Positions 51,941 through 55,212 of a DNA stretch of 55,212 nt are shown here, one piece after another. The stretch covers positions 1 through 55,212 of the forward strand of contig JAEWTE010000040.1 of NCBI GenBank assembly GCA_023459655.1, in the 5' to 3' direction. Position 1 is the stretch's first letter; the number at the start of each line of letters is the position of its first letter. This DNA comes from Candidatus Parcubacteria bacterium (GTDB lineage: Bacteria > Patescibacteriota > Patescibacteriia > Patescibacteriales > Patescibacteriaceae). Below the pieces are notes generated by a model that was given only the letters and a program-made list of their open reading frames with translations, was not told the origin of the DNA and searched no databases. Position numbers and translations under genes: made by a program.

Positions 51941-53885
51941 TCAGATTAAACAATTGGTTCCAGGTCTAGTGGCGACGCCAGCTGAAGTTGGTGAGGCCTT
52001 GACTATGACGGGAATAATGCAAGAAAGCTTAACCGCTGTTAATTATAATGGTCAACCCGATACTTTATTTAGTTTAGAAGTTCGTCAAAATAGGGCGGAT
52101 TGTTTTTCGGTTTTGGGGATTGCTCGTGAAGTAGCTGCTTATTTTAATTTGCCACTCAAACTGCCAACTACTAAGGCTTGGCAGTCGACTGATTTTGTTT
52201 TACCCATTCGAATTGATACTGATCAGGTTCGACGAGTGCGAGCGGTTAAATTGGCTAAAGCTGTTGCTAAGCCATCCCCACAATGGTTGGTTGATTATTT
52301 AGCGTTTTACGATATTAAAAGTGTTAATTTAGCGGTTGATTTGTCTAATTATGTCATGGTTTTAACTGGCTATGCCTCTCATTTAATCGATTACGATCGT
52401 CTCGATGGTGATATGGTTTGGTCGATTAATAATAAAGTAACCAAGGTTACCACGCTTGACGGTAGTCAAATTGATTTGACTGGTGGTGAGTTATTAATTA
52501 GCGATCGGCGAGAGATTATTGCGTTAGCTGGGATTGTTGGTACTAGTTATGCGGCGATTAAGCCAGAAACAGCTAATATTTTATTAGAAATGGCCGCCTA
52601 TAATCATAGTTTAGTGCGTCAGAATTCTCGTCGTTTACATATCGTGACTGAGGCTAGTAATAAGTTGGAAAAAGATTTAAGTTTAGCTGGACTAGATTAT
52701 GCTTTTGATTTATTGATTAATTTATTAATTGATCAAATTGGTGTTCAAGTAGCTAGTCAATTATTTGAACATTATCCTAATCCAGCTCAGTCATTAGATA
52801 TTAAATTGGATCCACAATTAGTTTCTCAAATGGCTGGTGTTGTAATTGGTCAAGAACAGAGTCGACAATTATTACAACAACTTGGTTTTACGGTTAATGA
52901 TCAACAAACCCCTTGGATTGTAACCGTGCCGATTTGGCGAACTGATTTAGAAATGGCCCAAGATTTGGTTGAAGAAATTTTACGTCTTTATCGTTTTGAT
53001 AAAATTCCAGCTATTTTGCCAAACTTGACTATCACTCCCGAAATTACCTTGCCATTAATTAAAGCTAAGGAGCGTTGGCGTGATTGGTTAGTAGCTCAAG
53101 GTTGGGATGAGGTTTTATCTTGGACCATGGTTACTAGAGCTAATAATCAAGCAACTAATTATTTGCCTTGGTCGATTGCTAGTACTCAAAATGCGATTAA
53201 TGAAGATTATCCTGATTTACGACAGACTATTTTGGCTAGTTTAGTTGAGCAATCGCGTGAATATTTAAAAAAGCAGGTACCTGATTTACAGATTTTTGAA
53301 ATTGGTAAGGTTTTTGGTCGCTTAGATGATAATTATCAAGAAGCTGAACATTTAGGCTGGCTATTGGCTGGGTCGGATTCGGTAGTTGAACAGCTGCGCC
53401 AGACCGTGACTGGCTTTTTGGCTTGGGCTGGAGTTGATCAATTGGTTTGGTCTAAATTAGAGGTTGGGCCGACGGTGGCCAATCCTTATGCTGCTTGGCA
53501 GATTTTGTTAGATAGTCAACCTTTAGGTATTTTGGTCCAATTAGCTGATGATTATAATGGTCAGATTATGGCCGCGGCTGAAATTGATGCTAATTTATTG
53601 ATTAACCATTTAATGACTATTGATAGCACTCCAGCGACGGTTGAATTAACTCAAAAACTGGTTAGTTTAGATGCCAATCTTGAACTAGATAATCGTCAAG
53701 CATTGACTGCTGAACTAGCTGAAATATCAGCTAAAGTTGGTTATGAGGGTTTATGGAGTTTGTCAGTGGTAGATGAATTTGCCCTGCCCAATGGTCGTTA
53801 TCGTTATACAGTGCGAGCAGTTTATAAAGAGTTGGATGATCAGTCAGCCAAGAAATTACATTTGCAAGTTTTTGGTCTTAATTAA
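51924..53885 (+). CDS. pheT: Phenylalanine--tRNA ligase beta subunit (short form)
   Basis: Overlaps pheS by 17 nt. B3/4 and B5 patterns (NRADCFSVLGIAREVAA, IWRTDLEMAQDLVEEILRLYRFD). At 653 aa there is no room for the N-terminal tRNA-binding domain. Confidence 0.85.
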   Translation: MKILYNQIKQLVPGLVATPAEVGEALTMTGIMQESLTAVNYNGQPDTLFSLEVRQNRADCFSVLGIAREVAAYFNLPLKLPTTKAWQSTDFVLPIRIDTDQVRRVRAVKLAKAVAKPSPQWLVDYLAFYDIKSVNLAVDLSNYVMVLTGYASHLIDYDRLDGDMVWSINNKVTKVTTLDGSQIDLTGGELLISDRREIIALAGIVGTSYAAIKPETANILLEMAAYNHSLVRQNSRRLHIVTEASNKLEKDLSLAGLDYAFDLLINLLIDQIGVQVASQLFEHYPNPAQSLDIKLDPQLVSQMAGVVIGQEQSRQLLQQLGFTVNDQQTPWIVTVPIWRTDLEMAQDLVEEILRLYRFDKIPAILPNLTITPEITLPLIKAKERWRDWLVAQGWDEVLSWTMVTRANNQATNYLPWSIASTQNAINEDYPDLRQTILASLVEQSREYLKKQVPDLQIFEIGKVFGRLDDNYQEAEHLGWLLAGSDSVVEQLRQTVTGFLAWAGVDQLVWSKLEVGPTVANPYAAWQILLDSQPLGILVQLADDYNGQIMAAAEIDANLLINHLMTIDSTPATVELTQKLVSLDANLELDNRQALTAELAEISAKVGYEGLWSLSVVDEFALPNGRYRYTVRAVYKELDDQSAKKLHLQVFGLN

Positions 53886-53886
53886 A

Positions 53887-53915
53887 TTGACAGCCCTAAT
53901 TAGCCATGCTATTAT
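53887..53915 (+). promoter_or_regulatory. Near-consensus sigma70 promoter
   Basis: TTGACA (53887-53892), 17-nt spacer, TATTAT (53910-53915). Confidence 0.55.
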
Positions 53916-53965
53916 TTTGGCATAATGTTAGGTAGTTTAGCCTAATCTTAAGTAAAGTAAAAAGT

Positions 53966-54301
53966 ATGGAGCTTCATGACAAAGAGTTTTTAGAGTATGT
54001 TGTCAAGGCCATCGTCGGCAATCCGGAAGATGTTTCCGTTGATCGCACTGTTGACGAGATGGGTGTCCTGTTGACCTTAAAAATTAATCCGGCCGACATG
54101 GGCTATGTTATTGGTCGTCGCGGTCAGACTGCGCAGGCTATTCGCACTTTATTAAAGATTGTTGGCGCTAAGAATAGCGCTCGGGTCAATTTAAAGATTT
54201 ATGATCCAAATGGCGGTCAGCGGCCTAATCGGGAATTCCAACAGGAACAGCCGGTTGAAGAAAAGATTGATACTTCTTCGGTTGAAGATTTATCCATTTA
54301 A
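53966..54301 (+). CDS. khpA: KH-domain RNA-binding protein (KhpA/YlqC, UPF0109) with an acidic C-terminal tail
   Basis: LEYVVKAIVGNPEDVSV...MGYVIGRRGQTAQAIRTLLK (GxxG KH loop). Sits in the usual position upstream of trmD. Confidence 0.8.
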   Translation: MELHDKEFLEYVVKAIVGNPEDVSVDRTVDEMGVLLTLKINPADMGYVIGRRGQTAQAIRTLLKIVGAKNSARVNLKIYDPNGGQRPNREFQQEQPVEEKIDTSSVEDLSI

Positions 54302-54317
54302 TATTTTTGCTCATAAT

Positions 54318-54346
54318 AAAAAGACCAGAATTATTCTGGTCTTTTT
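54318..54346 (+). terminator. Rho-independent terminator after khpA
   Basis: aaaaagaccagaa / ttat / tctggtcttttt followed by attttat. Confidence 0.7.
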
Positions 54347-54352
54347 ATTTTA

Positions 54353-54361
54353 TGCTATAAT
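54353..54361 (+). promoter_or_regulatory. Extended -10 TGcTATAAT only 6 nt before the trmD ATG (possible leaderless transcript)
   Basis: TATAAT at 54356-54361, ATG at 54368. Confidence 0.4.
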
Positions 54362-54367
54362 AATTCT

Positions 54368-55018
54368 ATGTTATTCCAAATTATTTCAGTTTTGCCCGAG
54401 GCTTTTGGTTATTTAGATCAATCAATTATCGGTCGTGGTCAATTGCAAGGTCATTTTCAAGTCAAAATTCATGACTTACGTGATTGGTCGCTTAATCAAC
54501 AGCGGCGGATTGATGACACGCCTTATGGTGGTGGACCAGGTATGGTTATGCAAGCTGAGCCGATTGCTACAGCGCTGGAGGCAATTAAAACTAAACATAA
54601 AAATAAGAAAATAGTTTTGCTATCGGCCAAAGGCAAGACTTGGACCCAAGCTCGAGCCCGTCAATATAGTAAATTAGACGAAGTCGTTTTAATTTGTGGT
54701 CGTTATGAAGGGGTTGATCAGCGGATTAATAATTTGATTGATGAAGAAATCTCAATTGGCAATTATGTCTTAACTGGCGGGGAGTTGGGGGCGATGATTA
54801 TAATTGATTCAGTTGCTCGTCTTCTGCCCGGTGTTCTAGGTAATGCCGATAGCTTACTCCAAGAATCGCATAGTCGAGTTGGTCAATTAGAATATCCACA
54901 ATACACCAAGCCAGAAATTGTTAAATTAGCTGGAAAAAATTATGCTGTGCCCGAAGTTTTATTGTCTGGTAATCATCAGGAGATTGCCAAGTGGCGTCAG
55001 GCACAAATGAAAAAGTAA
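54368..55018 (+). CDS. trmD: tRNA (guanine37-N1)-methyltransferase
   Basis: DDTPYGGGPGMVM, ICGRYEGVDQR, and GNYVLTGGELGAMIIIDSV. Confidence 0.93.
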   Translation: MLFQIISVLPEAFGYLDQSIIGRGQLQGHFQVKIHDLRDWSLNQQRRIDDTPYGGGPGMVMQAEPIATALEAIKTKHKNKKIVLLSAKGKTWTQARARQYSKLDEVVLICGRYEGVDQRINNLIDEEISIGNYVLTGGELGAMIIIDSVARLLPGVLGNADSLLQESHSRVGQLEYPQYTKPEIVKLAGKNYAVPEVLLSGNHQEIAKWRQAQMKK

Positions 55019-55056
55019 AAAAATAGAGCAGATACCGCAATGGTAGAGCTGCTCTG
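55015..55056 (-). terminator. Terminator-like hairpin for the convergent minus-strand gene
   Basis: On the minus strand: agagcag / 17-nt loop / ctgctct, followed by attttttt. The large loop lowers confidence. Confidence 0.4.
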
Positions 55057-55081
55057 GGTTGTTATGGGTTGGACCCTTGGA

Positions 55082-55212
55082 TTATAGACTTAACATATCC
55101 AAGAGGCCATTTCCGATGACGGGAAGTTGTTTGGGGAGGATTTTCATAAGTTCCTCTCCCAACTGTTCCCGCATAAATTGAACTTGTTTAACCGACAGTT
55201 CTTTGGCCAGCA
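55082..55212 (-). CDS. 3' end of an unidentified convergent gene (truncated by the window edge)
   Basis: The minus-strand frame is open to the window end (...LAKELSVKQVQFMREQLGEELMKILPKQLPVIGNGLLDMLSL) with stop TAA at 55084-55082. It is too short to identify. Confidence 0.4.
   Translation of the reverse strand, partial: LAKELSVKQVQFMREQLGEELMKILPKQLPVIGNGLLDMLSL

Noticed and set aside
1-55212. UGA-recoded genetic code (table 25 or table 4), as in some candidate phyla
   Set aside because: Long uninterrupted ORFs for all housekeeping genes are obtained with the standard code. Several genes end in TGA (for example ybeY at 35103-35105). prfB (RF2, which reads UGA) is intact and UGA-autoregulated.

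Overview
This is a 55.2-kb, AT-rich, very gene-dense bacterial window. It reads cleanly in the standard code, intergenic spacers are tiny, and most genes lack a Shine-Dalgarno sequence. I see three blocks.

(1) nt 1-13643 is an accessory cell-surface island. It holds three large tail-fibre-like repeat proteins that share cassettes, two paralogous Cys-rich membrane-anchored proteins, two paralogous cupredoxin-fold proteins (one has lost its copper ligands), and a BNR/Asp-box protein with a T9SS-type C-terminal sorting domain.

(2) nt 24146-34693 is a second surface block. Two adjacent proteins (856 and 1904 aa) have N-termini that form a TrbC/VirB2-like (T4SS-pilin-like) two-helix module, fused to Ig-like, IPT/TIG, Cys-rich and Fn3 regions. 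Two membrane proteins with thrombospondin type-3 calcium-binding repeats follow.

(3) The remainder is housekeeping:
- Translation: trpS, hisS, valS, tyrS, argS, pheS, pheT, pth, der, rpsU, khpA, trmD, and prfB with its classical +1 frameshift.
- Envelope and division: LCP, lepB, ftsA, ftsZ.
- Nucleotide supply: nrdR, nrdD, nrdG.
- Other: rel, ybeY, dgkA, comEC, an MscS-like channel, an AI-2E transporter and a hicAB-like pair.

The gene content suggests a reduced, probably anaerobic, Candidate Phyla Radiation (Patescibacteria)-like organism: pilin-module fusions, giant Cys-rich surface proteins, trimmed Rel, ComEC and PheT, and NrdD as the only ribonucleotide reductase seen. That placement is inference only.

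I found no rRNA, tRNA, CRISPR array, transposase, integrase or reverse transcriptase.

The most unusual observation is a split class III ribonucleotide reductase. Its glycyl-radical loop sits on a separate 52-aa ORF (40743-40901) that is absent from the supplied ORF track. The two surface-protein blocks are the best candidates for an undescribed host- or surface-interaction system.

All calls rest on motif recognition by eye. No database search or computation was run.
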